A stretch of 64,000 nt of DNA, taken from assembly GCA_049570475.1 (NCBI GenBank), contig CP186953.1, positions 896,185 through 960,184 on the forward strand, in the 5' to 3' direction. The notes under the pieces are model-generated. The model saw only the letters and a list, made by a program, of their open reading frames with translations. It was not told the DNA's origin and ran no database searches. The DNA comes from Candidatus Methanosuratincola verstraetei (GTDB lineage Archaea; Thermoproteota; Methanomethylicia; Methanomethylicales; Methanomethylicaceae). Each line of letters starts with the position of its first letter. Positions within the stretch are counted from its first letter, which is position 1. Both the position numbers and the translations under genes were made by a program. Shown piece by piece: positions 9,643-17,295 of the stretch.

Positions 9643-10313
9643 TTTCTCGCCTCCTCAAGCTTCCTGTAGCAGAACCACCAGTCGAAGCCTTCGTACTTCT
9701 TGAGCCGCTCCTTCGCATCCTTCACGTTATTCGGCGGTGGAACTATCACCTTGTCACCTATGATCTCGTTGTTCGGCCAGTTCGCTGGGAGCGCCACGTT
9801 CTCCTTGTCGCTGACCTGGAGCGCCTTGAGGAACCTCAGGATCTCGTCCATGTTTCTCCCAACGGAGAGCGGGTAATAGAGTATCCCCCTGATGATCCCT
9901 TCCGGGTCAATTATGAATGTCGCCCTTACTGCCTGCGTCCCCTTCGCTTCAGGGTGGAGCATCCCGTAGAGCGCAGCTATCCTCCCTGTGTTGTCGGCTA
10001 TGATTGGGAAAGGTATTTCTACCTTCAGCTTCTCTGATATCCACTCCTCCCACTTTATATGTGAATAGACTTGGTCGATTGAGAGCCCGACTAGCTCGGC
10101 GTTCATCTCCTTGAACTTGTCGTACCTCTTTGCGAAAGCAACGAACTCTGTGGTGCAAACTGGGGTGAAGTCTGCGGGGTGGCTGAAAAGTATCACCCAT
10201 TTTCCCTTGAAGTCTGATGGGAAGTTTATCGGCCCTTTTGTGGTCTGCGCGGAGAATGCGGGTGCTTGGTCGCCTATCAGTGGAAGTCTCACAATTTCTG
10301 AAATGTTAATCAC
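9639..10313 (-). CDS. peroxiredoxin (1-Cys/Prx6-like archaeal type)
   Basis: [15 protein letters not shown] active-site motif. 4-nt overlap with dfx downstream. Confidence 0.9.
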   Translation of the reverse strand: MINISEIVRLPLIGDQAPAFSAQTTKGPINFPSDFKGKWVILFSHPADFTPVCTTEFVAFAKRYDKFKEMNAELVGLSIDQVYSHIKWEEWISEKLKVEIPFPIIADNTGRIAALYGMLHPEAKGTQAVRATFIIDPEGIIRGILYYPLSVGRNMDEILRFLKALQVSDKENVALPANWPNNEIIGDKVIVPPPNNVKDAKERLKKYEGFDWWFCYRKLEEARK

Positions 10314-10396
10314 CTATCCTTATAATATCTTCCTCCTTAATAAGCTTTAGATGGGTCAGAAAAAGCTTAACTACCGAGTTGACACAGTCTTAGCCA

Positions 10397-11281
10397 ATGC
10401 CAATCTCAACCAAGACTGCGGAAGCGATTTCGCTTTTCAACAGGATGCACTCTGGGGAGGTAAGCGCCGAGGCCCTGGAGGAGAGGGAGCGGCAGCTCGT
10501 CGTCCTGTTTGGCGGGCAGATCAGCCAGAGCTGCTGCGCCGCCGACTACTTTGAAGACCTTGCCTTGATTCTGAGGGATTCGCACGGCGTAGATTACGCC
10601 GCTTGGGAGTGTTCGCCATCCGGCAAGCTGGGAAGAAACTTTGTGGCGACATACGCAAGACTGGACTTCCTCGGGGAGCTCAGGGGTATAGTCGAGTCTA
10701 TCCGCCCCCGCGTCGAGGACCGGCTCAGGGAGTTCGAGGCGATAGGAAGGCGCATGGATCCGAGAGAGATCTTCAGCGAGCTCTGCTTCTGCATCCTCAC
10801 GGCAAACTACACCGCAGAGGGGGGGATCAGGATTCAGCAGAGCCTAAGGCATCACTTCATGGACAAGCCTCTGAAAGAGATGGCATGCTGCCTTAAGTCG
10901 CTCGGGCACAGGTTCCCTAACAAGCGCGCAGAGTTCATATGCGAGGCGAGGCAGCTCTGCGACGGGATCCTCCAGGCGCTGAGTATGGACGACCGGGCGG
11001 CTAGGGAGTGGCTAGTCGAGAACGTCAAGGGCTTGGGTTACAAAGAGGCGAGCCACTTCCTCAGAAATGTCGGTCGTAAGGATGTCGCTATAATAGACCG
11101 ACACATACTCCGCTTTCTCCACCAGAAGGGTCTCATCGACTCAATCCCGCAGACGCTCTCGCGTAGGAGATACTTCTCGATTGAGCGCCTCCTATCCGCA
11201 ATCTCCGGCGCTCTGGGCGCAAGCCTTGCAGAGCTGGACCTTTACATCTGGTATGCGATGACGGGGAAGGTCTTGAAGTGA
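10397..11281 (+). CDS. ogg: 8-oxoguanine DNA glycosylase/AP lyase, archaeal Ogg2-type (HhH-GPD), with possible N-terminal extension
   Basis: C-terminal ~210 aa carry FSELCFCILTANYTAEGG, VKGLGYKEASHFLRNVG and AIIDRHI. The first ~85 aa are unassigned. An internal GTG (VATYARLDF) near 10643 is an alternative start. Confidence 0.75.
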   Translation: MPISTKTAEAISLFNRMHSGEVSAEALEERERQLVVLFGGQISQSCCAADYFEDLALILRDSHGVDYAAWECSPSGKLGRNFVATYARLDFLGELRGIVESIRPRVEDRLREFEAIGRRMDPREIFSELCFCILTANYTAEGGIRIQQSLRHHFMDKPLKEMACCLKSLGHRFPNKRAEFICEARQLCDGILQALSMDDRAAREWLVENVKGLGYKEASHFLRNVGRKDVAIIDRHILRFLHQKGLIDSIPQTLSRRRYFSIERLLSAISGALGASLAELDLYIWYAMTGKVLK

Positions 11282-11517
11282 GGATTGATTACAGTCCTTC
11301 GAATGGGCATTTCCAGAAAAAGGCTGAATTCAAGCCTTTTTTCCCTCCCCTGCCAGGTCCTCTTCCATTGATTCGTGTTTCAACTGCCGCCCTCTTTTGC
11401 AGTACTTAATTTATTCTAATTGTGAGCTTCTTTCAAAACATGTTTGAAAGCGCCCCTCAAATTGCTTAAACAGCTCAAGGATCGATATTCTGAGACCATG
11501 TTACGGATGAGACGTCT

Positions 11518-12597
11518 ATGCAAATGAAAGAACAGCAACTCCATGAAATGACCGAGGCTGACCCGTCCGAGGTCGGCGGGAAGTGCACAAACCAGATCTC
11601 GCTAATCAGGTCCGGCTTCAGGGTGCCCGAAGGGTTCGTTGCCCCTGTGAGCGTTTACCGCTCCTTCTTGTCGAGTAACGACCTACATTCGAAGATAATT
11701 CAGATGTTGGCATCCGCCCAACAGGAGAGCGAAAGAGACCTTCTAGAGGTCTCGCAAAGAATAAAATCGATGATCTTAAAGGCGCCTCTCCCCGCGGAGG
11801 TGGAAGAAATGCTGGCTGCCGCGGTTATGGGATCCGGTACCGACGCTCTGTGGGCAGTCCGCTCTTCCGCAACCGCCGAGGATCTGGCATCCGCCTCATT
11901 CGCAGGGCAGCAGGACACCTGCCTTAAAGTCCCAACTGATGGCATCGCTGATTCAGTTAAGAAATGCTGGGCCTCCTTCTGGAATGAGCGGGCGATCGCC
12001 TACCGCCAGCGGAACCGAATACCCCATGAGGACGGCGGGATGGCAGTAATCGTCCAGAGGATGGTTGGTGCTTTCTCCTCTAGTGTGATGTTCACATGCG
12101 ACCCGATCTCAGGATCTGCCGATGCGATGGTCGTGGAGTCTACATGGGGGCTAGGCGAGTCTGTTGTTTCCGGGAGCATCACCCCCGACCGGTTCGTGAT
12201 CGAAAAGGAAACTTTTGCAGTTAGGGAACGGAGAATCGGCAACAAGCCAACCGCAGTCTACCTCTCTATGGCAAGTGAGGCGCTCGAGGAATTGGATCCG
12301 GGGTTGCAGAGTATCTGGTCAAAAAGTTCTAGAGATGAATGCCATGCCGAAATCTTGGGATTGGACGATGCCCCTCAGAAAACCCTGATCGCGCCTTCAG
12401 GGCAGACCTCAACGCACTTCATGCACTTCGTGCAGAGCGAGTTCCACACAGGGGTGATCCTCCAATACTGCGGGTCGATCGGGTCCTGCTCGACCCCCAG
12501 TGTCTCATGCATGATGAACACGGCCGGGTCGCAGACGCGGAGGCACTTGCAACACTCCCTCGGATCGACCTTCCCTTTCTCCCCGCACTTCTCGTAG
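11518..12597 (+). CDS. PEP/pyruvate-binding (PPDK_N / PEP synthase N-terminal ATP-grasp) domain ORF, probably a 3'-degraded remnant
   Basis: The first ~250 aa match the family (VGGKCTNQ, VRSSATAEDLASASFAGQQDT, WASFWNERAIAYR, MAVIVQRMV, STWGLGESVVSG). No phosphohistidine or PEP-binding domains follow. The last ~75 codons are antisense to a well-supported Fe-S gene. Confidence 0.55.
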   Translation: MQMKEQQLHEMTEADPSEVGGKCTNQISLIRSGFRVPEGFVAPVSVYRSFLSSNDLHSKIIQMLASAQQESERDLLEVSQRIKSMILKAPLPAEVEEMLAAAVMGSGTDALWAVRSSATAEDLASASFAGQQDTCLKVPTDGIADSVKKCWASFWNERAIAYRQRNRIPHEDGGMAVIVQRMVGAFSSSVMFTCDPISGSADAMVVESTWGLGESVVSGSITPDRFVIEKETFAVRERRIGNKPTAVYLSMASEALEELDPGLQSIWSKSSRDECHAEILGLDDAPQKTLIAPSGQTSTHFMHFVQSEFHTGVILQYCGSIGSCSTPSVSCMMNTAGSQTRRHLQHSLGSTFPFSPHFS

Positions 12598-12635
12598 TCC
12601 ACCTCGATCCTTATCTTCTCTGGCAGCCAAAGCAC
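12375..12635 (-). CDS. small 4Fe-4S ferredoxin-domain protein
   Basis: CTKCMKCVEVCPEGAI cluster motif plus upstream Cys residues (CCKCLRVC). The GTG start overlaps the upstream stop by 1 nt. Confidence 0.65.
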   Translation of the reverse strand: MLWLPEKIRIEVDYEKCGEKGKVDPRECCKCLRVCDPAVFIMHETLGVEQDPIDPQYWRITPVWNSLCTKCMKCVEVCPEGAIRVF

Positions 12636-13504
12636 TAATAACTCCCCCTCGCGGCCGGGACCTCATCACGCGGCACTAGATTTAGCGCATCATGTGCGCA
12701 AGAGTGCCTGCAGACGCCGCACCCCCAGCACTTCATCGGGTCCACGATTGCTCTCCCCAGCGACGGGACTAGCCTGATCGCGCCGAACTGGCACTTATGG
12801 ACACACATCCCGCATGCCTGGCAGTTGTCTGCATCAACCCTCATCACATACTCCGATTTGTATACCGTGTGCAAGCCGAAGTCCTGCCTCAGCCTGAGAC
12901 CGCCACATTCCGGATTCTCGCAGGAGCAGATGGCGTTGATGTATGGCACAGGCTGGAACCAGACCGAAGCAACATACCCCCTGCGGTTGTGCTTCTCGAT
13001 CCTCTCCATTGCCTCTTCCCTGCTAATCCTTGCTGTGTTGTTCTCTGGGATGAAGCGCGGGAGCCGCTCGATCACCGTCGAGAGGACGCCGAAGTTGATG
13101 CAGCACCTCTCTTTTATCCCCCTCTGCATCCACCTGCACATGCAGTAGTTCTCGATTATCGGCTCGGCTGCGAGGTTCCCTAAAATAATCTTAGCCTCCT
13201 CGAGGGGTATCACCTGGCCGAAGTGCCCGTCCGCCCTCGTTGGGTTCCTGTTCTTTGACTCGCTGTGGATCATCCTCTCGGCCTGCCATCGGAGCACCCT
13301 CCCAATAATCGGGAGCCTGAGCTTGTAGCCAAGGTCAACGGAGGATATCCCCATGATCTTCCTTATGTAGACCTGCTCGAAGTTGGTCCACTGCTCGCTC
13401 AGGTACTCCTTCGCCCTTAGCTCGTCCGCCAGCTCATTCGAGTAGTTCCTGGCATTCATGTACCATTTCTTCCCAGCGCCGTGCTTGGTGCACCAGTCGC
13501 ACAC
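12635..13504 (-). CDS. Cys-rich protein with C-terminal 2x[4Fe-4S] ferredoxin domain, function unknown
   Basis: CQACGMCVHKCQFGAI and CWGCGVCRHSCAHDAL motifs. There are further N-terminal Cys clusters (MCDWC, CMCRW, CCINFG, CSCENPECGG). Confidence 0.7.
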   Translation of the reverse strand: MCDWCTKHGAGKKWYMNARNYSNELADELRAKEYLSEQWTNFEQVYIRKIMGISSVDLGYKLRLPIIGRVLRWQAERMIHSESKNRNPTRADGHFGQVIPLEEAKIILGNLAAEPIIENYCMCRWMQRGIKERCCINFGVLSTVIERLPRFIPENNTARISREEAMERIEKHNRRGYVASVWFQPVPYINAICSCENPECGGLRLRQDFGLHTVYKSEYVMRVDADNCQACGMCVHKCQFGAIRLVPSLGRAIVDPMKCWGCGVCRHSCAHDALNLVPRDEVPAARGSY

Positions 13505-13759
13505 AATTTATCACCGGCAATGTATTCTTCTCTGCCCCGTTCAGGATATAATGCTTGTGAATTGATGCCATCCAATGACAGCCACAGAAAATTCTTTGAC
13601 CAAGCGCAATGATTTGGAAGTGCTGTGGGCGCAGTGGCTACTACGATCTAGTCTGAAAGGCTGCAAAAAGGGGCAGCATTTCAGTACGTGCCTGGGGGAA
13701 CTGCCCGAGTTGTTAAGATCTGCAGAAAATATAGGTAAAAGTGAATTCTCTTTAAAAAG

Positions 13760-14035
13760 TCAATCCTTCATGGCATTATTTTTGCTGATTAATTGCAGCA
13801 GGCTTCTGTACCGCTGTATGAACTCTCTCCCTTTCTCTGTGGTGCAATACTTCGTTCCGTCTCCAAAGGTGCAAAGTAGACCGTGGTCAACCAGCAGCCT
13901 GATGTGCTCTTCTGCACGGAGGAAATTGAGGTTTGCATTGTAAACAATTGCGGTCTTGTTAACTCCGCCTTTCTTGTCCGCTACTTCTAATATTGAAGAG
14001 AACACGTCAAATAGTGCCCTCTTAGTTTTTCCCAA
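13760..14035 (-). CDS. small winged-helix DNA-binding protein (candidate regulator of the adjacent fibre cluster)
   Basis: 91 aa. GVNKTAIVYNANLNFLRAEEHIRLLVDHGLL ... TEKGREFI is a typical archaeal wHTH pattern. It lies 130 nt downstream of the operon, behind its own AT-rich spacer. Confidence 0.65.
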   Translation of the reverse strand: MGKTKRALFDVFSSILEVADKKGGVNKTAIVYNANLNFLRAEEHIRLLVDHGLLCTFGDGTKYCTTEKGREFIQRYRSLLQLISKNNAMKD

Positions 14036-14091
14036 ACCTGTCCCCCGTTTGTTTCAGGATAACAGCCAAGTCTAGAACTGACGCATCTAAA

Positions 14092-14113
14092 TTATATTAT
14101 TTAAATAATATAA
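14092..14113. promoter_or_regulatory. perfect 22-nt palindrome TTATATTATTTAAATAATATAA upstream of the wHTH gene
   Basis: Verified base by base. It lies 57-78 nt upstream of ATG 14035, in the spacer between the operon end and the regulator gene. Confidence 0.4.
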
Positions 14114-14140
14114 AAACATTATTATGTTTATCTGTAATAC

Positions 14141-14157
14141 AAAAATTGAATAAAAAA
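14141..14157 (-). terminator. oligo-T tracts (T6, T5) just after the stop of the 343-aa gene
   Basis: The minus strand reads CAGTTTTTTATTCAATTTTTG directly after stop 14166. This is an archaeal-type oligo-T termination signal. Confidence 0.4.
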
Positions 14158-14165
14158 CTGAAATG

Positions 14166-15197
14166 TTAAGCTTGAGGAATCTTGTACGTGTACCTGGTAC
14201 CGTTGTCAATCACCAAGAACAGCTGCTCCTTATCAGTCAATGTGTGCAAGATCGGTCTTGCAAGAATCTCGGCTAGCTTCTTTAGCTCCTCAAAGTCCTT
14301 GACTTCAACGTATTTGGCCGTTTCCTCCTTCTCGATCTCGGCATTAACTATTAGATCCTTGTTTTCGCTCAGTATCTTCTCGACTATCTCGGAACTGGTC
14401 TTCGGCGGGCGTTTCCTAAAGTACGTCCATCCCATAAAACCGAGCCCTGCAAGCGACGCCAAGAGGGCAATCGTGAACAAGATCCTCTGATTGTTCACGT
14501 ATTCGTATGTGATTCGCTTAGTCTCAACTAATTTCCCGTCCTTTGTGGTGCTTAGCGGGGAGACCGTCAAATATCTGCCTCCTACGTCCTGCTTGAAAGA
14601 GATGTTGGTCTCCGACACAAATTTCTCCTCCACATTTCCGGCTGACGTTACTGCACTGGTGGTTATTGTCGGCCTAATCCTCAGGTTGTACTCAGTTGTG
14701 CTCGTCCCAGTCTCGAGGTCAAGCAGCTTCACGAACGCATCTAAGGAACTCTTGTTCACGTAGAGATGGAATCTGGAGTCTTCGATGCTGAGGTTGACCA
14801 GGGCGGCTGCCTCAGCAATAGTCAACTCCCTACTCCACCTGTTGGGTGATTCTACTGCTAGTTTAAGGGAAAGTTCGGCATTCAGGCTACTCACGGAGGC
14901 ATTTGTGACAAAGCTGTAGGCAAAGTAGAGATCAATCCGCTCTAGCAGGTTGGTGTAGATCTTCTGGACATCCGAGCCGACTTCCGTCCTGTTGTAAATC
15001 AGGTTTGGTGCAATGTGAGCCACATAGTCGAAAGTACCTGTGTGCTTGTATGCTGCCTTAATCGTGGTTTCGACACTTTCTGTCGGGCTCATGTAGGCGT
15101 AAGCGAGACCAACCGTGCTGATTGCTGTGGCTAATATGAATACAACGATTGCAACTTTTAATATTGAAATCTTCATAGTTATACTCCTCTCTTTCAA
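14166..15197 (-). CDS. bitopic/two-TM membrane protein with large extracytoplasmic domain and acidic cytoplasmic tail (fibre-cluster accessory protein)
   Basis: N-terminal TM (ISILKVAIVVFILATAISTVGLAYA). The ~230-aa beta-rich ectodomain carries 5 N-x-S/T sequons. A second TM (ILFTIALLASLAGLGFMGW) is followed by a ~75-aa K/E-rich tail. Confidence 0.7.
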   Translation of the reverse strand: MKERSITMKISILKVAIVVFILATAISTVGLAYAYMSPTESVETTIKAAYKHTGTFDYVAHIAPNLIYNRTEVGSDVQKIYTNLLERIDLYFAYSFVTNASVSSLNAELSLKLAVESPNRWSRELTIAEAAALVNLSIEDSRFHLYVNKSSLDAFVKLLDLETGTSTTEYNLRIRPTITTSAVTSAGNVEEKFVSETNISFKQDVGGRYLTVSPLSTTKDGKLVETKRITYEYVNNQRILFTIALLASLAGLGFMGWTYFRKRPPKTSSEIVEKILSENKDLIVNAEIEKEETAKYVEVKDFEELKKLAEILARPILHTLTDKEQLFLVIDNGTRYTYKIPQA

Positions 15198-15225
15198 ATT
15201 ATTAAATTTTTACAAAAAAATTCGG

Positions 15226-15960
15226 TCAGGGGCTGTACTCCCAAGGTGTGGAGTAAGGCAACTGAGTCAATATTGTCGCGATATGGTTCTTATCCTCAGG
15301 AGAGAGCGATATCGAGAGGCTCCCCGTTTTCGCAATTAGCTCTCCGCTGCTCCCTTTGGCAGAGACAGATGCCCCCTGATTGATTATGTATGTTGCATTG
15401 CCCGAGGTTGGCGCGTACCAACCGGCAGGGTTCTGGAGAGTCTGAATCCACATCTCGAGGCAGACCCCCTCCCCCTCTTGTAGCTCCTCGATATCCCAAA
15501 CTATGTAATCCTTGCTATAGTTGCCTGGTCCAGGGAAGCTCAGTATGGTCACGTTCCCCCTGCCCACACTCCAGTTGATCACGCCAAACTGGTTCTCCAG
15601 CCGGTCGGTAACTTCCACCTCTGTGAGCGTCTCATTACCGCAGTTGTGGACGCAGATCATTAACTTGAACTTCGTGGGGAAATAAGGTGGGTTCGCATTC
15701 CCGATGTGTATCAGGTTTGTCCTCTCGGAGATGTCCTCCCCGGTTGTAGCGTTGGTGAAAGCGCCGTCTATGGTCTTCTGTATGCCTATGCACGGGCCTT
15801 CGACACCTCCCCCTCCCCAGAAGCCCGTATGTACTACCCCTTGGATCTCGAGCGTCTGGAAAAACAGCGAGTAGGTGTTTCCTAGCGCGGCTAAAATCAA
15901 AACCGGCAAGAATCCTACAATCAGAATCTCTTTAACATTTCTTCTTGACCTATGCTTCAT
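15226..15960 (-). CDS. TasA/camelysin-like secreted protein, divergent paralog 3
   Basis: Signal anchor plus the shared motif NTYSLFFQTLEIQGVVHTG, then a GGGG run, 3 Cys and 6 N-x-S/T sequons. ATGA overlap with the upstream peptidase gene. Confidence 0.7.
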   Translation of the reverse strand: MKHRSRRNVKEILIVGFLPVLILAALGNTYSLFFQTLEIQGVVHTGFWGGGGVEGPCIGIQKTIDGAFTNATTGEDISERTNLIHIGNANPPYFPTKFKLMICVHNCGNETLTEVEVTDRLENQFGVINWSVGRGNVTILSFPGPGNYSKDYIVWDIEELQEGEGVCLEMWIQTLQNPAGWYAPTSGNATYIINQGASVSAKGSSGELIAKTGSLSISLSPEDKNHIATILTQLPYSTPWEYSP

Positions 15961-17231
15961 GTTTTCTCTCCACCTTCTTCAATAATTTGCATGCCTGCTG
16001 TCTGAGGTCCCAAAAAGCTCGGGGCGATCGAAGCCTGAGCCCCTCCTCTGCTAACGACCTGAGCGAGATTGTAAACAAAGTCCCTGAGGTATATCGTTAT
16101 CAACCCGATCTTTGGGACAACCTGCACAACCTTCCCGATTTTCCCTGAAACGCTTATCGGATCATCGGCAACATTGTTAGCGTCTCCTTTCGTAGTAATT
16201 AGATAGGTGCTTCCTGAAGGTTCGATGCTAACCACCCTGTGGGTTATTGATATTCCGTACCCCGCCCTCGTGTACTGGACGATGTCTCCAACCTTTATGC
16301 TGCTGGGATCTGAAGGCACCGATATCACAACATCTCCGGTCTTGAGCGCTGGGCTCATGCTATTGCTGGCGACGACTGAAGGCTTGAACCCTAGCAGCCC
16401 TGTAGGGATCCAGAGTATCGTCATAGCCACAATCAGGACAATGACCCAGGGCAGTGCTGAGGTCTTTTTCGGAAATTTCCTGAGATCGGTCTTCCTGATC
16501 AGCCCGTACCTGATCAGCGTTCCCGTTCTTACCCCCTCATTCAAGAATAGCAGCCCTAGGGCAGGGATTGCCGTGTTCACCAGCCCCCTAACTGCCCAAT
16601 CAGGATTTGGAATTATGGGTGAAAGCCATTGGAAAGCCTGCAGGGGGAAGATGTATGCAAGTGAGGACGTCGGCCCCCCGAGGAGTGCCAGATACGAGGC
16701 TGCGAAGTTGATCGCGAATGCTGGGATCAGTCTTCCACCAAAAAATTCGAAGAAACGCACCCCTTGGAATGCAGTTGTGTACGCCGCAAAATTGAAAGAT
16801 ATTGTGGTGAAAAGGATGGAGATCAAAACAAGCCCAAGAAAGATCCTCTTCTTGGAGTAGCTTTTGATCAGATAAGCTCTGGTGAACTCGAATGCCATTA
16901 TGCTCGTCCCGAAGAAGGCTGTGTTCACGAGAATAAAAATTGGGGCAAGCGAAAAGGGGGTCCTCCCGAACCCCATGAAGAATCCTGTCGAAATTAAGGC
17001 AGCAAGTTGGAGGGCTGCCAGATACAGCGCGTTAATAATTACCCTCTTATTCAACCTGAATGATGCCAAGTTTCCCTTATTCATTCGCTTGTCCATCAGT
17101 ATGACAGCCGCCGTCACGGCTGCCCAAACAATAACACTTGCCAAATAATACTGCATCTCGGGCAGGAATCGGCCTAAAGCGCTTACTGCTGCATAACTAC
17201 CCAGCACCATCGCCAAAGCAACTAACCACAT
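15957..17231 (-). CDS. polytopic membrane domain fused to SipW/Sec11-type (S26) signal peptidase I
   Basis: The C-terminal ~140 aa carry ASNSMSPALKTGDVV (Ser), ITHRVV (His) and TKGDANNVADD (Asp box). The N-terminal ~285 aa are about 8 hydrophobic helices with no Cys or His. Confidence 0.8.
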   Translation of the reverse strand: MWLVALAMVLGSYAAVSALGRFLPEMQYYLASVIVWAAVTAAVILMDKRMNKGNLASFRLNKRVIINALYLAALQLAALISTGFFMGFGRTPFSLAPIFILVNTAFFGTSIMAFEFTRAYLIKSYSKKRIFLGLVLISILFTTISFNFAAYTTAFQGVRFFEFFGGRLIPAFAINFAASYLALLGGPTSSLAYIFPLQAFQWLSPIIPNPDWAVRGLVNTAIPALGLLFLNEGVRTGTLIRYGLIRKTDLRKFPKKTSALPWVIVLIVAMTILWIPTGLLGFKPSVVASNSMSPALKTGDVVISVPSDPSSIKVGDIVQYTRAGYGISITHRVVSIEPSGSTYLITTKGDANNVADDPISVSGKIGKVVQVVPKIGLITIYLRDFVYNLAQVVSRGGAQASIAPSFLGPQTAGMQIIEEGGEKT

Positions 17232-17268
17232 TCCCGCCCACCCGTCTTTCGCATTCCATATGCCCCAT

Positions 17269-17283
17269 AAAAAAAGAAAAAAA
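17269..17283 (-). terminator. TTTTTTTCTTTTTTT tract 12 nt after the stop of TasA-like paralog 2 (internal terminator/attenuator)
   Basis: The plus strand reads aaaaaaagaaaaaaa at 17269-17283. The tract lies in the 64-nt gap before the peptidase gene. Confidence 0.5.
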
Positions 17284-17295
17284 GTTGTGTCCCGC

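Noticed and set aside
13575-13943. 122-aa plus-strand ORF
   Set aside because: It overlaps the wHTH gene on the opposite strand and extends into an intergenic spacer. No motifs, and the wHTH frame is far more protein-like.
16207-16860. 217-aa plus-strand ORF inside the signal peptidase fusion gene
   Set aside because: Antisense to a gene whose minus-frame product has coherent TM helices and S26 motifs. No start context or motifs.
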